DNA of 64,000 nt, taken from positions 4,832,879-4,896,878 of the forward strand of contig CM082579.2 of assembly GCA_040954595.2 (NCBI GenBank), read 5' to 3'. Made by a program: the position numbers and the translations under genes. This DNA comes from Balanoglossus misakiensis (Eukaryota; Animalia; Hemichordata). Positions 15,001 to 26,758 of the stretch are shown here, one piece after another (positions within the stretch are counted from its first letter, which is position 1; each line of letters opens with the position of its first letter). Under the pieces are notes generated by a model. It was not told the DNA's origin and did not search any database. It saw nothing but the letters and a program-made list of their open reading frames with translations.

Positions 15001-17264
15001 GTTATAGCTCATGAAAATCGTCCAAAATCGACGATTTTTCGACTTCGCGGATTTTCGAAATTTGGTGGTTTTTCGACAAAAACCATGGGTTATAGCTCAT
15101 GAAAATCGTCCAAAATCGACGATTTTTCGACTTCGCGGATTTTCGAAATTTGGTGGTTTTTCGACAAAAACCATGGGTTATAGCTCATGAAAATCGTCCA
15201 AAATCGACGATTTTTCGACTTCGCGGATTTTCGAAATTTGGTGGTTTTTCGACAAAAACCATGGGTTATAGCTCATGAAAATCGTCCAAAATCGACGATT
15301 TTTCGACTTCGCGGATTTTCGAAATTTGGTGGTTTTTCGACAAAAACCATGGGTTATAGCTCATGAAAATCGTCCAAAATCGACGATTTTTCGACTTCGC
15401 GGATTTTCGAAATTTGGTGGTTTTTCGACAAAAACCATGGGTTATAGCTCATGAAAATCGTCCAAAATCGACGATTTTTCGACTTCGCGGATTTTCGAAA
15501 TTTGGTGGTTTTTCGACAAAAACCATGGGTTATAGCTCATGAAAATCGTCCAAAATCGACGATTTTTCGACTTCGCGGATTTTCGAAATTTGGTGGTTTT
15601 TCGACAAAAACCATGGGTTATAGCTCATGAAAATCGTCCAAAATCGACGATTTTTCGACTTCGCGGATTTTCGAAATTTGGTGGTTTTTCGACAAAAACC
15701 ATGGGTTATAGCTCATGAAAATCGTCCAAAATCGACGATTTTTCGACTTCGCGGATTTTCGAAATTTGGTGGTTTTTCGACAAAAACCATGGGTTATAGC
15801 TCATGAAAATCGTCCAAAATCGACGATTTTTCGACTTCGCGGATTTTCGAAATTTGGTGGTTTTTCGACAAAAACCATGGGTTATAGCTCATGAAAATCG
15901 TCCAAAATCGACGATTTTTCGACTTCGCGGATTTTCGAAATTTGGTGGTTTTTCGACAAAAACCATGGGTTATAGCTCATGAAAATCGTCCAAAATCGAC
16001 GATTTTTCGACTTCGCGGATTTTCGAAATTTGGTGGTTTTTCGACAAAAACCATGGGTTATAGCTCATGAAAATCGTCCAAAATCGACGATTTTTCGACT
16101 TCGCGGATTTTCGAAATTTGGTGGTTTTTCGACAAAACCATGGGTTATAGCTCATGAAAATCGTCCAAAATCGACGATTTTTCGACTTCGCGGATTTTCG
16201 AAATTTGGTGGTTTTTCGACAAAAACCATGGGTTATAGCTCATGAAAATCGTCCAAAATCGACGATTTTTCGACTTCGCGGATTTTCGAAATTTGGTGGT
16301 TTTTCGACAAAAACCATGGGTTATAGCTCATGAAAATCGTCCAAAATCGACGATTTTTCGACTTCGCGGATTTTCGAAATTTGGTGGTTTTTCGACAAAA
16401 ACCATGGGTTATAGCTCATGAAAATCGTCCAAAATCGACGATTTTTCGACTTCGCGGATTTTCGAAATTTGGTGGTTTTTCGACAAAAACCATGGGTTAT
16501 AGCTCATGAAAATCGTCCAAAATCGACGATTTTTCGACTTCGCGGATTTTCGAAATTTGGTGATTTTTCGACAAAAACCATGGGTTATAGCTCATGAAAA
16601 TCGTCCAAAATCGACGATTTTTCGACTTCGCGGATTTTCGAAATTTGGTGGTTTTTCGACAAAAACCATGGGTTATAGCTCATGAAAATCGTCCAAAATC
16701 GACGATTTTTCGACTTCGCGGATTTTCGAAATTTGGTGGTTTTTCGATAAAAACCATGGGTTATAGCTCATGAAAATCGTCCAAAATCGACGATTTTTCG
16801 ACTTCGCGGATTTTCGAAATTTGGTGGTTTTTCGACAAAAACCATGGGTTATAGCTCATGAAAATCGTCCAAAATCGACGATTTTTCGACTTCGCGGATT
16901 TTCGAAATTTGGTGGTTTTTCGACAAAAACCATGGGTTATAGCTCATGAAAATCGTCCAAAATCGACGATTTTTCGACTTCGCGGATTTTCGAAATTTGG
17001 TGGTTTTTCGACAAAAACCATGGGTTATAGCTCATGAAAATCGTCCAAAATCGACGATTTTTCGACTTCGCGGATTTTCGAAATTTGGTGGTTTTTCGAC
17101 AAAAACCATGGGTTATAGCTCATGAAAATCGTCCAAAATCGACGATTTTTCGACTTCGCGGATTTTCGAAATTTGGTGGTTTTTCGACAAAAACCATGGG
17201 TTATAGCTCATGAAAATCGTCCAAAATCGACGATTTTTCGACTTTGCGAATTTTCAAAAAATTT
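1..17264. repeat. 88-bp tandem satellite array, ~196 near-identical monomers, truncated by the window start
   Basis: The monomer CGACGATTTTTCGACTTCGCGGATTTTCGAAATTTGGTGGTTTTTCGACAAAAACCATGGGTTATAGCTCATGAAAATCGTCCAAAAT repeats head-to-tail with period 88. The exact match ends near 17244, followed by a degenerate partial unit (tgcgaattttcaaaaaattt). There are no spacers between units. Confidence 0.99.
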
Positions 17265-18216
17265 CAGAAAATCCCGGATAGTTGGCGATTACGACATTCT
17301 CGACTTGGCGGGGACTGCGCGAGCTGTCAGATGGTATTTGATTCGTTCCGTGAGTACACCGCGACAAAGTAAGTAAACCAGGTCTTATTTCCACCCTTCG
17401 CGCAAGTGAGGGATATTGGATTGGACAAGAGTTCAATTGTTGTTGGCGTAGTATGAGTTTAGGGAATTGTTCGACGTCATCACCCTGTATCTCACTCGGG
17501 CGTTGAAAGTCCGCCCGCTTGATGCATGTAAATATAGTCAGTAGCTTGCTTCACACCTAAGTTCAGCCCCATGTTTATGAACATTCACTGGTATGTTTGT
17601 GACGGGTAATAACTTGCAAGTTCCAAAATGTAATATAGTCACTATGTACAGCGCTTTCGAAGGCATATCGGTTATCCCGCCGGGACTGTTTTTTTTGTTA
17701 AATAACGCGCATATACGACGTCTGTATCCAAGCAACCGGTTCCTCACGTGACCGGGAAAGGAGCCTGGCGACCAGGGAATTCATCCAATGATGGATGAGA
17801 ACGGTTTCGCGGCGCACTCCGTTCGTTCAGATATCTGAGCCCATCAGTTGATGATCCGAGCGATACAATCACATGAACTGTTCGTGTCATTCTGCCCCGC
17901 CAAGAGAGAGAGCGATATCGCGGGAGACGACGCCGAAGTTACTTTTCAAGACACGCATTTGTCGTTCCTTCCGATATTCATTAGTCGTGCCTCAAGCATA
18001 CAGTTTTGTTCTCTCTTCAAAATAGCGTGAAACTGTGGCCAGCCTTTGCTGCCCTAAAGTGATGAGAGACTTCAAGACGAAGAGCGCGTCTTTGCAATCT
18101 CTTGTATGTGTAAGTACCATCTAATTATTTTTCCGTTTTCGCATTGCTCAGAATACGATGATCTTTAGCTATGGGACGGATACGCTATGCACATACTGTA
18201 AGATTGCATGCAATGT

Positions 18217-18240
18217 GTCTGTCTGTCTGTCTGTCTGTCT
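18217..18240. repeat. (GTCT)6 microsatellite
   Basis: Directly visible in the sequence. Confidence 0.9.
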
Positions 18241-18457
18241 GGTAGTCACCTTGTCTTTACTCACCTGAATCAATTTCGATAGTCACATGTTAACTGTAAT
18301 CGTGTTGGTAAAAAAAAAAACATTTTAGTCGAACACCATGTTTATATGTTTGTCGACAGTGAAATGAACTTCGTATCATTTTGCACCTTAAAGAACAAGT
18401 CATTTTCGAATAGCATAGAGGTCAGAGTATAATATAAATATACGCACCTTATATTGA

Positions 18458-18908
18458 CGATCCGAGAAGTTACTGCATTCATGCATCAAACATTCCATCA
18501 CTTATGGAGTTAGGAAGCGCGGGTTTCCGGAAAGAAATGAATATAAATTCGCAAGGAAACTGACAAGATAAGGCCGGAAAAATTATTATTTATTCGATGG
18601 GAGCTGTCTTTCCATCCGAAAGGTAATTTCACTTATGCTATTACAGCCCTGCCGACAAGAGATGTGAAGGATAAAAAAAAAATCAGGTCTTCGAGTTGGC
18701 GATCCGAGAAGTAACTGTGTTCATGTATCACCATTCCATCACTTATGGAATTATAGGAAGCGAGAGTTTCTGTTAAGAAATGAATATAAATTCGCGCCGA
18801 GATGAGACCTGAACATTATTATTTATACGAAATCCACTGTTTTTTTATCCGAAAGAGATTTTCCTTCCGCTGGGAGCCACATCGCCAAGGGTTGCGAAGG
18901 ATGAAAAT
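18458..18908. repeat. Diverged ~242-bp direct tandem duplication (2 copies)
   Basis: Copies start at 18458 and 18700 and share blocks in the same order: cgatccgagaagt, cattccatcacttatgga, aggaagcg, aagaaatgaatataaattcgc, attattatttat, atccgaaag, gaaggat. Confidence 0.85.
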
Positions 18909-21900
18909 TCGAACACTGTGTCGGAAATGTTATTTAATATTGACAGTATTCATACTGTAGGTATAACTCAATTTATCCGCGACGCGAAAGGCAATTTGAC
19001 CATGTTTAATGCGCAGTGTTCGAACATTATACGTAGGGTGGCGACGATCGTCTCCAAAAGGTTTCCGTCATTCTGTTTGCCTCAGACGAGAAATTGAGAG
19101 ACTTGGCACTCGTTAGGTGTACATTCAACTGAGATAATATCACACACGGGGTCTGTAGCTTGTCCCGGAAATCTCCTGGGATGAAAAATGGGAAGCGTTA
19201 TTGAATTTGCTCGCCGGAGGGATAAGCCTGGAAATCTTGCAGTAGTAGTGTTGATGTTTACCTCAGTACCCCTTTCTTCTTGCTTGTGACGCAAAATTTG
19301 TTTACTTTTGGTGTGGCTACGCACGGATTAATCAAATGACATCAAAATGCGTTTATTCCGCCTTGCCAAGGGATTTCGATTTCGGATACTTCGGATTTGG
19401 GGAGCAAATAAAATTAAGACTCCTTAGCATGCATGTTCTCCTTGGTGTACCTATGTCGTTAGTCAAATTACGCGATGTTGATGGAACAACGTTCAGTGCA
19501 CGCTCCGAACAAAACCCAAAGCGTCACGTTTTAGCACAAGAACACTTCAAGGTACTGCCTTTCATGGGGTAGATGAGTTTACGCGCAAAGAACGTTTGGA
19601 TCGATGAGTAACCGAAATGACATTCAAAATGGTTGCCAAATCTCGACATTTATGCTTTCTGGTGTATTGGAGCATCAGTGTAATGTTCAAAGTGTATGAG
19701 CAATTTGAATATCCCTGATCTAAGGAGCTCTCACTTTTTACAATGAGTACCATCTATAACCTGATTGGTAATTGCGCCGGGGAAAATTCATTTGAGAGTT
19801 CATCAGGACTTCTAAGTGTCATACTACAGCCAATTTTATGACTTGACAAGAATTTGACCACTGTATGCAATTTCCTCATAATTTAGGTGTGACTTTTAAA
19901 AAGAATTAAATTGTTTAACCGACAGCGTGGCGATAAAACTGACTTGACGCCGCTGTTTTTCATGCACACACATTTAGTGGAAGTCGTAAATTAAAAATAA
20001 TTCACCAAATGAACGGGGTTGAAGGAAATCACTCACGGACGGGATCTGAAATGAGTCTCCAGACTCTAATTTACATCGTTTTTATCCCTTTTTGATAAAG
20101 ACGCGGGATAACTTCTGAAGCAAGTGATTCATAAAATACATAAATGTGCGCAAATTTTGGTATGATTGAAGCCCGGGCAGAACGGATGACTCGTCACTTC
20201 CTGCTTACGACGTCTGAACGTTTTCTGCGCTGGACTCACAAATCTCGCAACACAAACGCAAATTCTGAAGTAATCTGGAGAAAGAGCTGAGATATATGTC
20301 CTTGAGTTTCATTCTTTGCCCTTGCTTGCTTGTTTAACAGGAGCTACTAATTAGTCGACGTTAACGTGAGAAAAAATTCGCCACCTCGACGCACTTGCAA
20401 ACGCGAATTCTGAAATATTTCTACGTCGGTTGTAAATCCTGCGATACACCTCCGCGGCATTTCCCTAGAGGGATTGACCCCGGCACTTAGAAGTATTATT
20501 CTCTCGAGCTGACGGATTACAGTTTACCGTTGGAAATTTGCAGGGAAAACTTCACATTCCCAAGGATATGTGTAGACTTTGAGTGTAGGCACTGGAAAGT
20601 CCAACGGAGAATCCGATCGGAGAATTCCCGCGCGCTTGCCTCGCTGCGTCGGATGGTTATAAAGCTTGGTGAATGGCGATCATTAAACCTCAAAACGGAG
20701 ACATTACTCCCGGACCTGAGTCAGTTCATTACGTTGTATATTCTATTACTTTGATACATGTAGATCTGAATATGAATACTGTGCCGAATAATCACCCTGC
20801 GCAAATGAGCAGTCATAAACCGAAACTGGGTGTTTGTCAGCTTAGCCTTTGCCTTTTCGACGGTTAGAATAGATCTCGTTTTCCCACCACATTCGTGTTT
20901 ATCGGGGCCAATTTACCGCGATAGTGTCCCTGAAATGTAATCGAGCCATTCATCGCTATTTAACTTTCCGTATAGATGTTTTCAAAGATGGAAATCGGAA
21001 CTCGTTATTATGGGTCTTGACTTTGGTCTTTTTGTTCCTAATAATAAGTTTTAGACCGATATATAATAATGAGATAATAAAACGTCCAATTTTCGGACTT
21101 AAGTAAGCAGTTTTAATAAACCGAGAATATTTCCTGGCTATTTTACACGCGTTATTAATAATTAATATTTTCACCGCCGATACAGAGGTGTTTTATTGTA
21201 GCCCGCTAATAGATGTTAAGTTTTGACGGTTTCCACCCGTAGGATATTTGTGAGCTGTCTCCTACGCTCGGCAGAAAAAAGGTTCATCGGCTTCTTTGTC
21301 GACTCCCCAAGATGTACGCGCCACTGTGTTATTGTTGTTATTATGATTTCGGGAATTATTAAAATGACAACGGCATTGATTGAGCTGTGACATTTCTCAT
21401 AACTCCAAATCATACAAAAAAGCCCATAGGAGTCCCGAATGTATAAGGCGGCTGCTTTGGAAGTTTCTGCTAATCTGTGTGGGGCAAATTGCCTGGTCTT
21501 TATCGAGCCCGTGGTACAAACCCGCGAGCGTTAATGGAATATCATGAACAATAGTCACCGTCTCTAGATTTTTTTTACGACGACCCAATCATCAGATGTG
21601 ATGAGAAAATTACTTTGAACGTGACTTGCCGAAATTGTTGAGATAATATGTGAGACCATGGTGAGAAATAGTGTGGTTCTGACTCAGTGTTGTCGTCGTC
21701 GTCGTCATTATATGGGATATGCGCAGATTTTTCTGAAAACATTCGGTTTCTTTAATTCGCAATAATTTATTGTGTTGCTTACAGATGAAATTGTGTTCAG
21801 TTGCCCGTCGTTGATTACGGTCATGACGATTGCAACTAAAACGTTAAGTTTTGGTTCTATGTTCGACCACAAGAAATGATTGCGCCAGGTGTACGCCAAT

Positions 21901-22372
21901 TAGTGTTGTATAGCTTGGAGATTAAATATTATTCAGGTGCCCTTTTTGAAGAACTCTCAAAACAAGAAGGGAAGTCGACTCCGTTGATTGCAACAATTGT
22001 TTACGCTCAATTACGTGGACACGTACATTTGCCATATTTTTTCTTCCATTTTCCAATTTTTCTTATTCTCCGATAACGGAGGTTATTGGCAGCGCCAAAC
22101 GCTCCCAGCGACATATCAATCGCTTCAATAACATCTTGTTACGGCACGCTGGCCGTTCAGTTCCGAAACAGGGCAGTGAGCAAATAGAGTTACTGAATGG
22201 CTCGCTTTGGTGAACCAACCAGCGCAGCACGCAACAAAACACGGTCAACAATAGGCACACCACACGTTATTTTCTTGCTTATGGAAACTTTTAATTACTA
22301 CAACTAAACATTGGTAAATAAAAATGATTGTACACTGGGAAATAGCACACAAAAATACATGACTACCTTAAA

Positions 22373-22758
22373 TGTGACCAGGTGTGGGAAATGAAAGAAT
22401 AAAGTTCACGGTTCTGTAGCGCACGACGATCGCGACCAGCACCACGGCAGTCCCAACAGTGACGTTCAGTCCGAGTAGCGTTCTGGCACAATTCCCCGGT
22501 AGACGGCACGGCTTTCAGACGAATTCCCCCATGAGGTAGCACGACTTCTGGGCGCGGTTTCCAGACCAGGGCAGCATGAAACAAGGCACAGCTTCCAAGC
22601 CGGCGAGGAACAGAACAGCTCACACGGGCAAGTCCAAATTAGTAGCTACGCCGCAACACCACGTGCGGGCTTTTTATATGGGGAAAATAATGAATGCACC
22701 ACACCTGGTCACGCAAATATTTAAATTACGAAAGTAAGCGAAAACACACCTGGTCACA
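22373..22758. mobile_element. Putative small non-autonomous element bounded by 14-bp inverted repeats
   Basis: TGTGACCAGGTGTG at 22373-22386 and its exact reverse complement CACACCTGGTCACA at 22745-22758, plus a second internal copy CCACACCTGGTCAC at 22699-22712. The interior is GC-rich. No convincing target-site duplication. Confidence 0.45.
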
Positions 22759-25700
22759 AAACAACAGCAAACTTCTCCTACGTAACAATCTCTTCATCAT
22801 TCCACGTCTTCGCGACGACCTCCGCTTCATTTGCAGCGAATTTCAAACGGCTGCTAAAAAGGCGCTTATGAAATACAGGATTAGGTGCCCTATAATCACT
22901 TAATGGCGGATTGTTGATCGTCATCATTCAGGGGGACAATCCGGTCAGAGATGACGTCCCTCGGCCATTTGAATCGTGCATCTGTGAAAAAAAAAAAACA
23001 TGTTATCGCAACTCGCTTAGAATTGATTTTTTAATGAACAATGGACTTAAAACTTCCAAGAAATGTTTTGCGTTTGATTATTCCTATTCAGAGACAAACG
23101 TTTGTGTTTGGACGTAACCATGGTGAATATTGAAATGCAATGTCAATACGCTAGTTTAGCCATAACGTATACGGCCACCATTTAATGCGGCAAAATGCTT
23201 TTTTCTATACGTGCGGAATAGATTTTCTCTATACATGGAAATACAATGGAGATGAATTAAAATTATGATGGATATGTAATGATTGAGAAATGCTATAACT
23301 ATTTCCCAGGTGGCGATCGTCGTTCAATGCAACACTGTTTTTGGAAGCTTTTTGCAAATGAAGATTAAATTCAAGAGCACGTATGCTACACGTCGTCATG
23401 ATTGTATGTGGCGTGGCAGCATCTATGTGTGTACCATCTGAGAATTGTGTTGTTTCCACGCAGCATTCTTGCATTCAGCCAAACGCCACATTTTTATGAA
23501 TGAGAATTGAAATCAGCCCGCTGTGAGGAACAGATTATGATGACGTCAGATGTGGTACAATGTACATTATACATGTAGCTCGGGGCAACGGGACGTTTTC
23601 GGGCAACATCCTGCCTGCGTTTTGATGGTTCATTAGATGTCTCGCTGGGTATGACCGACGTCTTTCAGTTGGACGGGAAGCATCATGCATATTTTCGTGA
23701 AGTTTTCTGTCTAAGTTCAACTCCCCCACCGCCACACAAAGCCCGCAGGCGCGAGAGAGAGTGGGTGTTTTGTGTTCAAAGCTTTACTAAATTGCATTTT
23801 GATTCTTTTCCCGGGTGTGCAGTGATCAGAAAAGGCAAGCAAACATAGAGAGAGAGACGTTACTGGTAGTTAAATCTCGACATCTTACGTTTTAGTGCTA
23901 ATTTGCCTTTTAAGGAGGCGACCACTTGAACAGTATAGGCGTGTAATTGTCTTTTATTGACATTGCGTCGCTGCGCAATCACTTAAAATGTCGGAACTTC
24001 GATGACGATTTACTGCCACTTTATCGGCGTTGATGGATGCCTCCGCGGTGCCGCGCTGTTATTGCTGCGTTATGGATATGACAAAGGGAAGTTCGGAAAT
24101 GCGACCGTCCTTTGATGATATTAATTTGCGACAGTGATAATGAGCTGGATTTCGTCACGTGTCAGGGTCGGTCGGGGGAAGTGACCCGTGGCGAAATATG
24201 GACTGACGAGGACAGGAAATTAGCACTCCGTAAGGAATGGCTCCGTTGGCAATTTTTCTGGTTTTAAATACAGCATTTAACTTCGGTTTCTTTTGTTGCC
24301 ATCGTCAAACTTATTTCTCATTCACTCTTCGGGGAGTTAGACCGTGATTCAACAGAGGAAGGAGTCTATCCGGAATCGAATACTCTTCAAAACACTCTCC
24401 CGTCCAAAACACACTGCCGACTTGGATTTTATTTCTTAATACCCATGCTACGACTCGTTTTCGAATAAACCATGGCAACGGAACATCATTCTCTTTCTCG
24501 CGTTAACACAGCGCGCACCACACTGGCGCGGGTGGCAACGTGAACTAGGTGCACCTAAATCTTCGCTATTTCCAGACTTAATTGGAATAAAGAAATTTCC
24601 AGATTTGGAACAGGCTAGTTTTTTCTAACAATGCTAATACTCTTCCAGATGATGCGCTCTCTAAGTTTAAGTTCGCTGACTTGTTTACCTCGTTCGCAAA
24701 GAGATGAATATACCCATGACACTATTACAAGGTTTTATCCGTCTTTCCCGTTACCCGCCCTTCCGTTCGATACACCTGATAGCGGTAAACACGAAGATTA
24801 ATCTTGAATAGCTGCGCTGATCCAGGAAAAAAAATCGCAGTTTTCGTTTAAAGCTATGTCCCACGCATTCTAATTAGCAATATTGAAAAGCCGTCGGTTG
24901 TCCAAACTCCACACTGCTGTTAGCTGTGTGCGCGATTTCTTTCTTGATTAATTTTCGTCAGTCTGGTTTGAAAAGGCAGGAAGTATGATTCAGTCGCTGA
25001 AATAGCTGTGAAAGACAGAAGCAAACGCCTTAATTTCATTTGTCACTTCGACAAGAATTATCTTTTTCACGGGGATGTGTGCTCGTCTAACGGGATTTAA
25101 TGTGGAATGTGGACATCCGATCGAATTGGAGATATAAAATCATGCATTATGCTCACTGTATTATATTGCCATGCTCAGTACAAAATCTACGGAAGACGAC
25201 ACCTGTACATAATGATCTTTAACCCGTTGATATTGAGGGGACTTGACGTCGATATAAATGCAGGCTGCGGTCAAGGATCATGTCGCAGCGAGAGAGTACA
25301 CAATCATATCTTCGGGCAAATATCAAATACGTCCATTCGTCACAAAGATTGGGTGCCACAGTGTAATTAAACTAAGAGATACTGCCCCCTGGGACGCATT
25401 TTGATAAATCTGAAATCTCTCCAAATAATTTCATGCCAGACGTGCTTGATGTTTTATGTCAAGTTTAAAACTTAAAACAATTAAAGTGTTCACCATCACC
25501 GGCGATTTTCACAACAAATATTAAGCAATTTAATGATGATTTCCCAATGCACTAAGCACAATTCTAGCGGCCATTTTGAATTGATGTATTTGTGGTCGTG
25601 TTGTATCACATTTCTTCTTGGATTTTGAATTAGAATCGTTTTATCACAGTATTACGTTACACAAATGAGCTAAAATCTTGTGGAATGTGAACGCCGAGGT

Positions 25701-26758
25701 GTTTACCGCTCGCAGCCAAAGTAAAGATTTATAAACGGTGTTGGTATTGAAGCGATAAATTAGATTGCCTTCTTGTACACAAAATTAAGCCTGTTTTAGG
25801 AGATATAGTCGTGTCAGTGGCACTGGTCCGTAAAATTGTATTTTTGATACGTCTGCCGTCCTGTTGACGATAGCCGATTACGTTATACCTGGTACAACAA
25901 TCCCCTCGGGCTACGTTTTCTCCAACGAGCAATCAACTTCTCTGCAGTTGGCCAGCGATCGACTTTGTTCGATCCGCACGTACACTAACACGATGGTCTA
26001 CCAAATTGGCGCCCAAGGACATCGTGTGTATTAATGAGGTTTCGACCACACTATCGAAAAGGATGCACAAGCCCGCGCATTTGTGCGTTGCAGGTGTCAT
26101 TGCGATTTTATATGCGATATCTGTGTTATGGGTAAGCATGTAGCGTTTGTCAACTACATCATCATGTACGTGGAAACTCGGTCGTATGGTCGCCCGCACT
26201 AGATTTTCCAGATCTTCAACATCGCTCGTGTAAATGTTTCTATCTAGGTTTGCCATTGCCACCTTACAGTAATGTGACGCAAACTAGTTAATATACTCGG
26301 AAGTTAATGGCCTCGAGTTTTGAAAGACGTCAAAATTTACAAGTACACCTTTATGACTTTGTGTATTATACATGTACATTTATCATTTTTTCACGAGTTC
26401 TTTGAACAATGAGTTGAGTGCAGCGGGCGTTGACGTTCAAAAGACAGACAGACAATTGACTGCAATGGACGTTCTACTCGCCATGTATATTTGTATAATT
26501 GGTCCGGATTTTATTCATGCAAATTATGAATACTCGACCGATTTTCCCTCCGGGTACTGTCTTGTTTATATGCGTTACCTATTTGCGTATGGTCGTAGGA
26601 GTTAATAGAGGGGAGTGTGGTTCTCCCAGTTTAGATTGTTCAGTAATGCCCTTAATTTGCAGTTAATAGATTGTCACGAATATAGATTGCTTCCTGAATT
26701 ACGCAGCATATATTTCATCGCAGACAGCGGAAAGACGGTCTTCGTTAATACAAAAATT

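Noticed and set aside
1-17264. CRISPR array (palindromic repeats)
   Set aside because: The units are contiguous with no unique spacers, there are no cas genes, and the context is eukaryotic.
62-17436. Many 60-120 aa ORFs in the satellite
   Set aside because: The period 88 is not a multiple of 3; the longer ORFs appear only where a 1-bp indel or substitution bypasses the recurring stop codon.
20253-20414. Repeated caaacgc(a/g)aattctgaa resembling part of miR-219
   Set aside because: The seed end of the miRNA is absent and no hairpin is evident; it is only a 17-bp imperfect direct repeat.
17538-26605. Short ORFs between the satellite and the aGPCR, including 25933-26262 (-)
   Set aside because: No recognisable domains and no consistent exon chain; many start at non-ATG codons.
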